The notes beneath the pieces are model-generated. The model did not search any database. It saw only the letters and a program-made list of their open reading frames with translations, and was not told the DNA's origin. Source: an uncultured Planctomycetaceae bacterium (lineage in GTDB: Bacteria; Planctomycetota; Planctomycetia; Isosphaerales; Isosphaeraceae). Taken from it: a stretch of DNA of 64,000 bases. This document shows, piece after piece, positions 20,148 to 29,230 of this stretch; within the stretch, counting starts at the first letter, position 1; every line of letters begins with the position of its first letter. The DNA is taken from positions 32,001-96,000 of the forward strand of contig CAWIAD010000002.1 in NCBI GenBank assembly GCA_963833985.1, written 5' to 3'. Position numbers and translations under genes: made by a program.

Positions 20148-21311
20148 ATGGCGACACCGAGTTCGCTCGCCGCATCGACGCCGGAAATTGACTACCCCAA
20201 ATTGGGGGATCCGACGCCCTTGCGGGCGGTCCACACGACGAACTTCCCCGCGCTCTTGCGGAAGCTCGGTGCGTCGCTCCTGGTCACCACGTACCAGGCT
20301 GGCAAGCTCGTGCTGGTCCGCGACGAGGGGGACCACCTCAATACCCACTTCCGCACCTTCCAGGCCCCGATGGGCATGGCTCTGGCCGGCAATCGGCTGG
20401 CCCTCGGTACCAAGATCCAGGTCTGGGAGTTCGTTGACGTCCCGGCCGTGGCTGCCAGGCTCGATCCGCCCGGCCGTCACGACGCCTGCTTCCTGCCCCA
20501 ATCCAGTCACGTCACGGGCAACATCCAGATCCATGAGATGGCCTGGGGGGCCGGCCGAGAGTTGTGGGCCGTCAACACCCGGTTTTCCTGCCTCTGCACG
20601 CTCGACGGCACGGCCAGTTTCGCGCCGCGGTGGCGGCCGTCGTTCGTCTCATCACTGGAGCCCACCGACCGCTGTCACTTGAATGGCCTGGGGATGGTCG
20701 ATGCCCGCCCGCGCTACGTCACGGCGCTCGGCGAGACGGACGAGCCGATGGGCTGGCGGGCCAACAAGGCCAGGGGCGGCATCGTCATGGACGTGGCCTC
20801 CGGCGACGTGCTCACCCGAGGGCTGTCGATGCCCCACTCGCCGCGCTGGTACGCCGGCCGGCTCTGGGTCTGCGAGTCGGGCGCGGGGACGTTCGGATAC
20901 ATCGACATGAACACGGGAAAGTACATGGCCATCGCGGAGGTCCCGGGTTTCACTCGCGGGGTCGACTTCGCCGGCAACCTTGCCTTCGTGGGTCTTTCGC
21001 AGGTGCGTGAGAGCGCCGTCTTCAGCGGCATCCCGATCACCGAACGGCTGACCGACGAGCAGCGGACCTGCGGCGTCTGCGTCATTGACCTGACGACCGG
21101 GCAGGTGGTCGCGCTCCTGCGGTTCGAGACCACCGTGCAAGAGGTCTTCGCCGTGACGGTGGTGCCGGGTCGGCGGTACCCGGAGCTGATCAACGACGAC
21201 GACGCGGTACTGGAGAACTCGTTCGTGGTGCCTGATGCGGCGCTGGCCGACGTGTCGCCGGCGCTGCGGCGCCGGCCGGGAACGGGAGTGCCCCGCGCGG
21301 GGCGTTCGTGA
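20148..21311 (+). CDS. TIGR03032 (DUF4915) family protein
   Basis: SLLVTTYQAGKL, HVTGNIQIHE, VNTRFSCLCTL, DRCHLNGL, GLSMPHSPRW, PGFTRG, GLSQVRE. Confidence 0.9.
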   Translation: MATPSSLAASTPEIDYPKLGDPTPLRAVHTTNFPALLRKLGASLLVTTYQAGKLVLVRDEGDHLNTHFRTFQAPMGMALAGNRLALGTKIQVWEFVDVPAVAARLDPPGRHDACFLPQSSHVTGNIQIHEMAWGAGRELWAVNTRFSCLCTLDGTASFAPRWRPSFVSSLEPTDRCHLNGLGMVDARPRYVTALGETDEPMGWRANKARGGIVMDVASGDVLTRGLSMPHSPRWYAGRLWVCESGAGTFGYIDMNTGKYMAIAEVPGFTRGVDFAGNLAFVGLSQVRESAVFSGIPITERLTDEQRTCGVCVIDLTTGQVVALLRFETTVQEVFAVTVVPGRRYPELINDDDAVLENSFVVPDAALADVSPALRRRPGTGVPRAGRS

Positions 21312-21371
21312 GTGCTTGAGTAAAGCTGTTCATCACTCGAGGAAGTTCATCACCAGAGGAGCAACTAAATC

Positions 21372-23066
21372 ATGATCAACCTTTTAGCAAGAGATCAGCG
21401 GAGAAGCGACCGGCGGACGGTCGAGGCCCGCAAACGGCGGCGGATGACGCCAACGTTGACAGCGCTTGAAGATCGCCGGCTGCTGTCGACATTCGCGGTC
21501 ACCAACACGCTTGATAACGGCAGCGCCGGCACCCTGCGCTGGGCAATTGGCCAGGCAGATTTAGCCGGGGGAGCCGAGACGATTGCCTTTGACAAGACGG
21601 TGTTCAAGAATCCGCAGACGATTACCTTGAGGGGCACACAGCTCGAGCTGAGCGACACGACAGGGACCGAGACGATCACCGGCCCCAAGGCGGGCGTGGT
21701 GGTCAGCGGCGGAGGGCTGAGCCGGGTGTTCCAGATCGACGGGGGTGTGACGGCGTCAGTATCGGGTCTGACGATCACGGGCGGCAACACCCCTGACACC
21801 GGCGCCGGTCTGTACAACAACGGCGGCACGGTCACGCTGACGAACTGCACCGTCAGTGGCAACACCACCTCTCCCTCCTCCCCCTCGGGTTACGGCGGCG
21901 GTCTGTTCAACCTCAATGGCACGGTCACGCTGACCAGCTGCACTGTCAGCCAGAATTACTCGTACTTCGGCGGCGGCCTGGCCAACGTCAATGGCAAGGC
22001 CACGCTCAGAAACTGCACCGTCAGCGGCAACTCCGGCGGCACCGGCGGCGGCGTGTACAACGGCGGGAACACGGGCACGGTCACGCTGAATAACACGAGC
22101 GTCAGCGGAAACTCCGCCGCTTTCGGCGGCGGCATTACAAACTGGCTCGGCAGGGTCACTCTTCAGAACAACTGCACCGTGAGCGGCAACTCCGCCGACT
22201 GGGGAGCCGGCCTGTATAACTTCTACGGCACGGCCAAGCTAAGCGCCTGCACGATCAGCGGAAACTCCGGCGGTATTGGCGGCGGCGTGTTCGACGAGGC
22301 GGGCAAGACCACGCTCACGGACTACTGCACCATCAGCAACAACTCCGCGACCGTCAGCGGAGGTGGCGTGTACAACGACGGGGGCAAGGACACGCTAACG
22401 AACTGCACCGTCAGTGGCAACTCCGCTGCGGTCAGCGGCGGCGGACTGTTCAACATCGCTGGCTACTACGGGGGCTCGGCCGTGCTGACGAACTGCACCG
22501 TCAGTGGCAACTCCGCTGCGGTCAGCGGCGGCGGACTGTTCAACGCCACCGACTCCCAGTACGGTGCGGCGACGGCCAGCTTGAACGCCTGCACCGTCAG
22601 CGGCAACTCCGCCGTCAACGGCGGCGGCATCGCCAACCAGGGAACGCTCAACGTCTCCTCTTGCCATATCGTCACGAACCACGCGTCGGCAGAGGGTGGG
22701 GGCATCGCAACAACTTCTGGCATGGCGACAATCACCGGTTCCTTCATCAACAGCAACCAGGCCAGTTCGTCTGGAACCGCCCTGGGAGGGGGGATCTTCT
22801 GTGCAAACAGTGTTCTGTCCTTGACCAGCTGCACGTTAAACGGCAATCAGGCGAACGGCGCGACGGCCCTGGGTGGTGGTATCTACGCGCTGGATAGCAC
22901 CGTAAACGCACAGACTTTGACGGTGACCGGCGACCAGGCGAATGGCACCACGCTCGGCGAGGGAGGAGGGATCTATCGCTATGGCGGCGTCCTGAAACTC
23001 GTGACCAGTACCGTGATGGGCAATACAGCCACGACCAGCGGTAACGATATCTTCGTCCACCCGTGA
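21372..23066 (+). CDS. Secreted right-handed beta-helix repeat protein with planctomycete extracellular N-terminal motif
   Basis: RRRMTPTLTALEDRRLLS motif, VTNTLD..GTLRWAI, many TLTNCTVSGNSA..GGGL.N repeats. Confidence 0.88.
   Translation: MINLLARDQRRSDRRTVEARKRRRMTPTLTALEDRRLLSTFAVTNTLDNGSAGTLRWAIGQADLAGGAETIAFDKTVFKNPQTITLRGTQLELSDTTGTETITGPKAGVVVSGGGLSRVFQIDGGVTASVSGLTITGGNTPDTGAGLYNNGGTVTLTNCTVSGNTTSPSSPSGYGGGLFNLNGTVTLTSCTVSQNYSYFGGGLANVNGKATLRNCTVSGNSGGTGGGVYNGGNTGTVTLNNTSVSGNSAAFGGGITNWLGRVTLQNNCTVSGNSADWGAGLYNFYGTAKLSACTISGNSGGIGGGVFDEAGKTTLTDYCTISNNSATVSGGGVYNDGGKDTLTNCTVSGNSAAVSGGGLFNIAGYYGGSAVLTNCTVSGNSAAVSGGGLFNATDSQYGAATASLNACTVSGNSAVNGGGIANQGTLNVSSCHIVTNHASAEGGGIATTSGMATITGSFINSNQASSSGTALGGGIFCANSVLSLTSCTLNGNQANGATALGGGIYALDSTVNAQTLTVTGDQANGTTLGEGGGIYRYGGVLKLVTSTVMGNTATTSGNDIFVHP
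22398..22544 (+). repeat. Identical 57-bp intragenic direct repeat, 90-bp period
   Basis: ACGAACTGCACCGTCAGTGGCAACTCCGCTGCGGTCAGCGGCGGCGGACTGTTCAAC at 22398 and 22488. Confidence 0.85.
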
Positions 23067-23209
23067 GGCGTTCTCGGCCAGTCCAGGAAGACACCTGCGT
23101 GGCCCACGTCGCAACCGAGAAGCGGCCTCGCCCGGAGCGGGGCCGCCCTTCACTCCGGTCCGTTCCCGCAGACAGCACCCAATCCGACCCTTGTACTGGA
23201 GATCATGCA

Positions 23210-23359
23210 ATGTCTCGAAAACACGCCCCCGCTCGCCGGTGCCCTGGCCTCGAATCCCTGAAAGTCCACCTCTGCCATTCGACCCTGCCGGTAGGCACCT
23301 CGACCACCGTGTCCCAAGTGATACTGATGACAGGATCTTCGCCCAGTGAACGCTCTTGA
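23210..23359 (+). pseudogene. Degenerate N-terminus of a second planctomycete-type secreted protein
   Basis: MSRKHAPARRCPGLESLKVHLCHS resembles the RR.P.LE.LE.R.LLS motif; GGAG upstream; stops after 49 aa. Confidence 0.4.
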
Positions 23360-23448
23360 TGAAGCGAACCTCTCCGAACGGTGGTCGCTGACGCCGGCCG
23401 ATCACGCACGGATCGAGGGAAGCCACCAGGCGAAGCGGCCGAGGGGAG

Positions 23449-25455
23449 TCATGGACCGGGTGCTGGCGTCTGATCGCGCGAATGCCCCCGGGCCAATCCT
23501 TTTCCCTTCCCCTCGACCGGCAGGATGATCCGGAAGCGGCTCCCCCGGCCGGGCGTGCTCTCGACCTCGATCCGTCCGCCGTGCTCGGCGACGATGCCGT
23601 GGCTGATCGCCAGCCCCAGGCCCGTCCCCTCTCCGACCGGTTTGGTCGTGAAGAACGGGTCGAAGATCCGCGGCAGGACATCCGCCGGAATGCCGCAGCC
23701 GTCGTCTGCCACCTCCAGTATCACCTCGTCTCCCCGCGCCCGGGTCTCGATCACGATCCGCCCCGCACCCCGACCCGTGGCCTCGATCGCCTGCATGCCA
23801 TTGACCAGCAGATTCAGGACCACCTGGTTGATCTGGGCCGGCGCACAGACGAGTGGAAGCTCCCCTCCGTCGCGCTGCTCGATAGTGATGTTGCGCCGTT
23901 CCAGCAGGCTCCGGAACAGCTCGAGGCTGCTTGCGATCGCCTGACGCAGGTCGACCCGATCGACGGCGGCCTGGTCGAGCCGTGCAAAACCGCGCAAGTT
24001 CTGCACGATGACGGAGATTCGTTTCACCCCTTGCCGTGTGCTGCTCAGCAAGCGTCCCAGGTTCGCCCGGATATAGGGCAGGTCGATCGCCTCACAGACC
24101 TGGTCGATGCGCGCGGCAAGCTCGGGGCTGGCCGCTGCCAGCGCCGGGCGGGCATGCTCGTACGCTTCCAGCACGTCGGACAGGCCGCCCCAATCGCGCT
24201 CGAACACGGCCAGGTTGTTGGCGACGTAGGCAAGCGGGTTGTTGATCTCGTGCGCCACCCCGGCGCAGAGCAGGCCCAGCGAGGCCAGCTTCTCCGCCTG
24301 GACGATCATCGCCTGCATCCGCCTGCGCTCGGTCAGGTCGTGGATGGCGCCAAGGAAGACAACCCCCTCGGGCAGCTCGATCGCCGAGAGCGAGAGCTCC
24401 AGCGGGAAGATCTCGCCCCCTTTTCGCCGGCCCTGCCGCTCGGTCGTGGGGCCAATGGGGTGAGCCTCCGGATTCTCCAAGTAACGCCGCAGCGCCTGCT
24501 CGTGTGCCTCCCGGGCGTCCGACGGCATCAGCAAGCTGAGGGGCTGGCCAAGGACCTCTTGCTCCGAGTAGCCGAAGGCCCGCTGGGCGGCGGGGTTGAA
24601 CAGGCGGATCCGGCCCCATTCGTCCGCCACGACAATCGCCTCGAGAATCCCTTCCGTGAGCTGGCGGTACAGCCGCTCCGAGCTGCGCAGCGCCGCCTCC
24701 GCCCGCTCGCGCTCGACGATCTCCTGCGTGAGCAGGTCATTGGCCCGGGAGAGCTCGGCGGTGCGCTCCTCGACCCGGTGTTCGAGCTCGTTGTGCGCCC
24801 GCCTCAGGGCCTCCTCGGCGGCCTGGCACGCGGCACGCGTGCGCAGGGCGACAATGCCGTAGGTCAGGTCGTCGGCGAGCATTCTCAGAAGCTGCACCTC
24901 GTCGTCGTCGAAGGCGTCGGGGTCCGCGGCATAAATGGCCAGGGCCCCCAGGATTTCCGAGCCGGAGAGCAGCGGGATGCCGACAACCGAGGCGTAGCCG
25001 CGCCGCAGCGCCTCCGCGCGCCACGGGGCGAAATCCGGATCGCGGGTCACGTCCCGGAAGACCGCCGGCGCTCGCGTCCGTACAGCCTTGCCCACCGGTC
25101 CATGGCCACGTTCCGTGTCGGCCCAGGTCACGCGGATCGTTTCGAGATAGCCCTCCTCGTAGCCGGCGTGGGCAACGGGGCGCACCGACTTGGCCTCATC
25201 CTGCTGGAGATATCCGACCCAGCAAAGGCGGTAGCCGGCGACGTCGACGATCACCCGGCAGAGCTCGCTCAGGAACTGCGGCTCGTCGCCGGCCCGGATC
25301 AGGGCGTGGTTGCAACGGCTGAGAGCCTGGCGGGCCCGATCAACCCGCCTGCGTTCGCGGATCTCGGCCGCCAGGGCTTGATTGGCTCGCACCAGCTCCT
25401 CGCTGCGTTGCCGAAGCTGCCGAAGCTGATCTGCGATGTGGTGCTCGTGGTTCAT
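23449..25455 (-). CDS. Cytoplasmic GAF-PAS sensor histidine kinase (NtrB-like)
   Basis: GAF region, PAS (FNPAAQRAFGYS..GEIFPLEL), H-box GVAHEINNPL, NQVVLNLLVN, DDGCGI, FFTTK, GTGLGL. Confidence 0.93.
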   Translation of the reverse strand: MNHEHHIADQLRQLRQRSEELVRANQALAAEIRERRRVDRARQALSRCNHALIRAGDEPQFLSELCRVIVDVAGYRLCWVGYLQQDEAKSVRPVAHAGYEEGYLETIRVTWADTERGHGPVGKAVRTRAPAVFRDVTRDPDFAPWRAEALRRGYASVVGIPLLSGSEILGALAIYAADPDAFDDDEVQLLRMLADDLTYGIVALRTRAACQAAEEALRRAHNELEHRVEERTAELSRANDLLTQEIVERERAEAALRSSERLYRQLTEGILEAIVVADEWGRIRLFNPAAQRAFGYSEQEVLGQPLSLLMPSDAREAHEQALRRYLENPEAHPIGPTTERQGRRKGGEIFPLELSLSAIELPEGVVFLGAIHDLTERRRMQAMIVQAEKLASLGLLCAGVAHEINNPLAYVANNLAVFERDWGGLSDVLEAYEHARPALAAASPELAARIDQVCEAIDLPYIRANLGRLLSSTRQGVKRISVIVQNLRGFARLDQAAVDRVDLRQAIASSLELFRSLLERRNITIEQRDGGELPLVCAPAQINQVVLNLLVNGMQAIEATGRGAGRIVIETRARGDEVILEVADDGCGIPADVLPRIFDPFFTTKPVGEGTGLGLAISHGIVAEHGGRIEVESTPGRGSRFRIILPVEGKGKGLARGHSRDQTPAPGP

Positions 25456-25720
25456 GATGCATCGCTGCCGTCCAGCTTCCGGAGCCGATGTCCGCGGCCG
25501 ACCGACGTGCTGATGGGCTGACGGGCGAAGCCCTCGCTCGGGACGTGAAGCTCCGCCGTTGCGTCGTCCCGCACCGCGGGCCGCAACAGCCGAAGTTCGT
25601 CCCCGCTCCAGAGCTGCACCGCCCGACATCAGTTTAACAGGGCGGCGATTGAGTCGACAGGCTCTCTCTTCATCATTGCGGGCAGCCGGCGCAGGCGGCT
25701 TCGCACCTCGATCGAGCTGC

Positions 25721-26803
25721 TCAGGCCGTGGCACGCTCGAGCCGTGGCAGCGGCGCGGCGCCCGGCGTCACCTCCAACCGCGAGAGCACGTCCAGGACGC
25801 TGGGGCCCTTGCGACCCGGCCGGCGGAAGAAGTAGCCATAGCACGACACGGCCTGCTCGCGATAGGGCGGGTAACGCAGCAGGATGGCGTGCGCACGGGC
25901 GAGGTTGTAGTGCGGCATCAGGCCGAAGACGTGGTGCGTGAGGTGATAGTCCTGGCCGTAGGGAAAAACGGCCCAGTTCAGGATCGGGTTGCAGTGAAAG
26001 TTCCGCGAATGCCGGAACTCGCCGTCTTCCGGACTGTTGCTGTGGTGGGCGATCTCGCGCAGTTGCATGAAAAAGGCGTAGAAGGTCAGCAGCGGAACCA
26101 CCCAGAAGAGAATGAAGACCGGCCATGAGCCCGTCAGGTGCACGAACGTCAGAACCGGCAGCCAGAACGCCCCACGCATGCAGCGACCCACGCGAAACCG
26201 GTACACGCAGCGCGGCTCGCGAAAGCCCGCCGTGACATTCGCGTTCTTGGCCTGGCCGAAGAGATACCGCAGCAGCGACGGCAACCAGCAGGACAGCCAG
26301 ACGTAACGGTACCAAAACCTCGCCTTGCTCATCGGGAACGGAAAGCGATCGCCGTCGAAATGAAGGCGGGGAACGTCGGGGTCGCGCTTCTCGTCGTTCA
26401 GGAACTGGTGGTGCCCCAGGTGCGTGACCCGGAACCGCTGGGTCATCGCCATGGTCGGGAACATGCAGAGCAGGTCGGAGACCAGTTCGTTCGCCAGCTT
26501 GTTTTTGAAGAGCGAGTAATGGGCCCCCTCATGACCCAGCCCGGAAAGCCGGTGCTGAAAGGCCGCCACCAGCGCCATGCCCAGCACGCTCAGCGGGATG
26601 AACGCGGCCGTCGCCAGATGCCCGGACGACCAGTAGGAATAGAGCCAGGTGCACGCGGCCAGCGCACCGATCATGCCGGCATACTCGACCGCAATGTAGA
26701 AAGCGTTCGTGTGGTTATCGGCGCGGAGCAGGGGAATGAGCCGATGATGCACCTCGTCCCAGGTGAGATCGGGCGGGCTCGTTGCAGTTGATGTGTCGGC
26801 CAT
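25721..26803 (-). CDS. Membrane fatty acid desaturase family protein
   Basis: His boxes HEGAH, HLGHH, HLTHH plus TM segments. Confidence 0.88.
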   Translation of the reverse strand: MADTSTATSPPDLTWDEVHHRLIPLLRADNHTNAFYIAVEYAGMIGALAACTWLYSYWSSGHLATAAFIPLSVLGMALVAAFQHRLSGLGHEGAHYSLFKNKLANELVSDLLCMFPTMAMTQRFRVTHLGHHQFLNDEKRDPDVPRLHFDGDRFPFPMSKARFWYRYVWLSCWLPSLLRYLFGQAKNANVTAGFREPRCVYRFRVGRCMRGAFWLPVLTFVHLTGSWPVFILFWVVPLLTFYAFFMQLREIAHHSNSPEDGEFRHSRNFHCNPILNWAVFPYGQDYHLTHHVFGLMPHYNLARAHAILLRYPPYREQAVSCYGYFFRRPGRKGPSVLDVLSRLEVTPGAAPLPRLERATA

Positions 26804-27253
26804 GGCCAGGGCACCTGTCTCCACAACGCTCGGATTCGTCGGGTCGCGTCCCATCCAATCACGGTCGCACGCCGAAGCAAGGTGGTTCACGGACATCCCA
26901 TTTTACCACGTGGCTCTGCATGGTTGAGGGGCGATTGAGTTGAAAATGGTTAACTGGAATGGGTAACAGGTTTGCGAAAGACTTGTTCCCGCGCTCCGTG
27001 TGGAGGAACAAACCTCTGCCTGCACTCAACTTGTCGCGATTTCGACGGTATTGCCTCAATCCCCCCGTTCTTGGAAAGGTGGATACGGGCCGGGCGCGCC
27101 CTGGCATCGACTCCGCAGCCCGTCGTGATGATGTGCGCGGACGAGTCGGCCATCGCCCGCGTTGCGCAGGCATTCGTAGAGTACTCATCATAATTCTTTA
27201 AGACTGATGTACTTTAATACTTTAATACCACCAAAGGCCTTCCCGGGGAGGAA

Positions 27254-27958
27254 TTATAGAACGTTAAAGACAAATGTGAGGCTATAATAGATGCCGATAC
27301 ACAAGAACACAGCACCGGTTATCCGCCGGGCCCACCATTCGACCTTCGTGAGTGCCTTGAAGGCTTTTCCCACAGTGCGGGCGCCGAGGGCTACGAGCAC
27401 CGCAAAGACGAGGGTGGGCAGAGCGGTGCCCACCCCGTAGATGCTGGGCAGGAGTACGCTGGACCGAGCCCTGACGGAGAGCGGGATGAGGCTCCCGAAG
27501 TAGAGGGCTGCCGATACCGGGCAGAAAGTCAGGGCAAAGAGCATCCCGAGCGGCAGGGCACCCCAGAGGCCCAGAGCATCGAGCCGCTTCTGCATCCCTT
27601 CGCTCACCCCGGCGGCTGGGAGCGAGATGGAGACCAGTTCCAGCAAGAACATCGCCACGATGATGAGCAGGGGCCCGAGCAGCTTGTTCATGTACCGCTG
27701 AAGGAACATGGAGAGCTCGGGCACCGAAAGAACGCTGGCGACCAGGAGCACGCCCAGGGCGAGGTACGCTATTGTGCGGCCCAGGGCGTAGAGGAACCCC
27801 GAAAGGAACACTCGCCGGGGGCTCCCGACCTGGCGGCCGATGAACGAGATGGCCGCGATGTTGGTCGCGAGCGGGCACGGGCTGATCGAGGTCAGAATCC
27901 CCAGCCAGAGCGCCGAGGCAACCGCTACGCGCGAAGAGGCTTGAAGGTACTGGTCCAT
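27254..27958 (-). CDS. arsG: ArsG-family / CcdA-DsbD-like membrane protein
   Basis: LGILTSISPCPLATNIAAISFI, FALTFCPVSAALYFGSLIP; last gene of the ars operon. Confidence 0.8.
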   Translation of the reverse strand: MDQYLQASSRVAVASALWLGILTSISPCPLATNIAAISFIGRQVGSPRRVFLSGFLYALGRTIAYLALGVLLVASVLSVPELSMFLQRYMNKLLGPLLIIVAMFLLELVSISLPAAGVSEGMQKRLDALGLWGALPLGMLFALTFCPVSAALYFGSLIPLSVRARSSVLLPSIYGVGTALPTLVFAVLVALGARTVGKAFKALTKVEWWARRITGAVFLCIGIYYSLTFVFNVL

Positions 27959-28077
27959 CTCGAAGGCTCCCGTCACCTGGCTACGGCCGGGGCTTGAACG
28001 CCGGGCATGCACCGGACCTCATCGTTCGCACACTCCGTGCAATGGCCCGCTGCGGTTTCATAGCTTCATGCCATTTT

Positions 28078-28902
28078 TCAGAGTTCCATGCCCAGCTCAC
28101 GCCACTTCCTGAGAATCTCTTCCTTCGAGAAAGCCCCCTCGTGCCGGAAGAGCTCCTTGCCGGTGGCATCGAAGAAAATCTGTGTAGGGATGGTCGAGAC
28201 GTCGTACCTTGCCAGCGCATCGGAATTCTCGAACACGTCGATGAAGTCCACCTGGAGCGTTCCGCGATACCTGCTCTTGAGGTCTTCCAGAACGGGTGCC
28301 ATCTCCTTGCACGGGATGCAGCGGGTCGAGCCAAGGTCCAGGAGCCGCGGCAAGGCTCGCGTCTCCTTGCTCGGCGAAGGCCACGCAACGTCCGCGGCCT
28401 GAAGCGCTGGAGTCGCGGCGTGCTCCGTGCGAGGCGTCTCGCCCAGCTCTTCGCGGACGCTTCTCACGATGAAGTCGCGGAAGGCCGGCTTGTCGCCGAT
28501 CAGCTCCCAGACCTCGGGCAAGCTCTTCCAGCCCTCCTGCTTGCCGTCCCGCAGGGAAGCCAGCACGACGCATGGGGCGGCGAGCTTGAATTCTCTGGCG
28601 AAGTGCTCGTTGCCCGGCTCATCGTAGTTCGCGGTGCGCCACTCGATGCGGCCGGAATCCATCTCCTTCGCGAAGCCCGATTCGACGGTCTCTTTCGCGG
28701 TCTTCTCGATGTCGTTGCAGGTGACACACCGCACCTTGCCGTGCAGGTAGTAGGCGATGAGCTTCGGGCCCGCGGAGGGGGCCTTCACGGCGGAAGCCGG
28801 TGCGGGAGGGTGGCCCGCTCCCATCTCTTTCAGGACGAGCGTCACGGCGGTGGCCACGACGAACAGGGCCAGTCCAAGGGTTACAAGGTTCTTTGGTCTC
28901 AT
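28078..28902 (-). CDS. arsF: ArsF-family redox protein fused to a C-terminal thioredoxin domain
   Basis: N-terminal TM, YYLHGKVRCVTCNDIE, then LLDLGSTRCIPCKEMAP...IPTQIFFDATGKELFRHEG. Confidence 0.75.
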   Translation of the reverse strand: MRPKNLVTLGLALFVVATAVTLVLKEMGAGHPPAPASAVKAPSAGPKLIAYYLHGKVRCVTCNDIEKTAKETVESGFAKEMDSGRIEWRTANYDEPGNEHFAREFKLAAPCVVLASLRDGKQEGWKSLPEVWELIGDKPAFRDFIVRSVREELGETPRTEHAATPALQAADVAWPSPSKETRALPRLLDLGSTRCIPCKEMAPVLEDLKSRYRGTLQVDFIDVFENSDALARYDVSTIPTQIFFDATGKELFRHEGAFSKEEILRKWRELGMEL

Positions 28903-28996
28903 GCGTCACTTCCTTCTTCGGAACGTCCACCCGCCCGGCCGACATCGGGGGCGGTCTGTCTCAGGCTGGAGTCAAGGAAGAGTCATTCCTGCCCGC

Positions 28997-29230
28997 TCAA
29001 CCGATGAGCTTCTTGATTTCATCCGGGCTCAAGGTCCGCCCGCAGGCCACCACTTTTCCGTCGATGGCGAGTGCGGGGAGTGCCCGCACGCCGTCGAAAG
29101 CGAGGATGTCCACAATTTCCTGGACCTTCACGACTTCGCCGGCAACGCCCGCTTCTCTCACCGCCTGCTCGGCGTTGGCCGCGAGTGTCTTGCACTTCGT
29201 GCATCCGGTGCCCAGGACCTGGATCTTCAT
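28997..29230 (-). CDS. arsE: MTH895/ArsE-family small redox-active disulfide protein
   Basis: MKIQVLGTGCTKC...PALAIDGKVVACGR; start overlaps the arsA stop. Confidence 0.85.
   Translation of the reverse strand: MKIQVLGTGCTKCKTLAANAEQAVREAGVAGEVVKVQEIVDILAFDGVRALPALAIDGKVVACGRTLSPDEIKKLIG

Noticed and set aside
8142..25521. Long antisense ORFs (e.g. 8142-9734, 13965-15389, 23482-25521)
   Set aside because: Shadow frames of real high-GC genes on the opposite strand; no motifs of their own.
27205..27232. AT-rich TACTTTAA tandem at the end of the ars operon as an att site or island boundary
   Set aside because: Only two short copies, with no matching partner site or integrase found.
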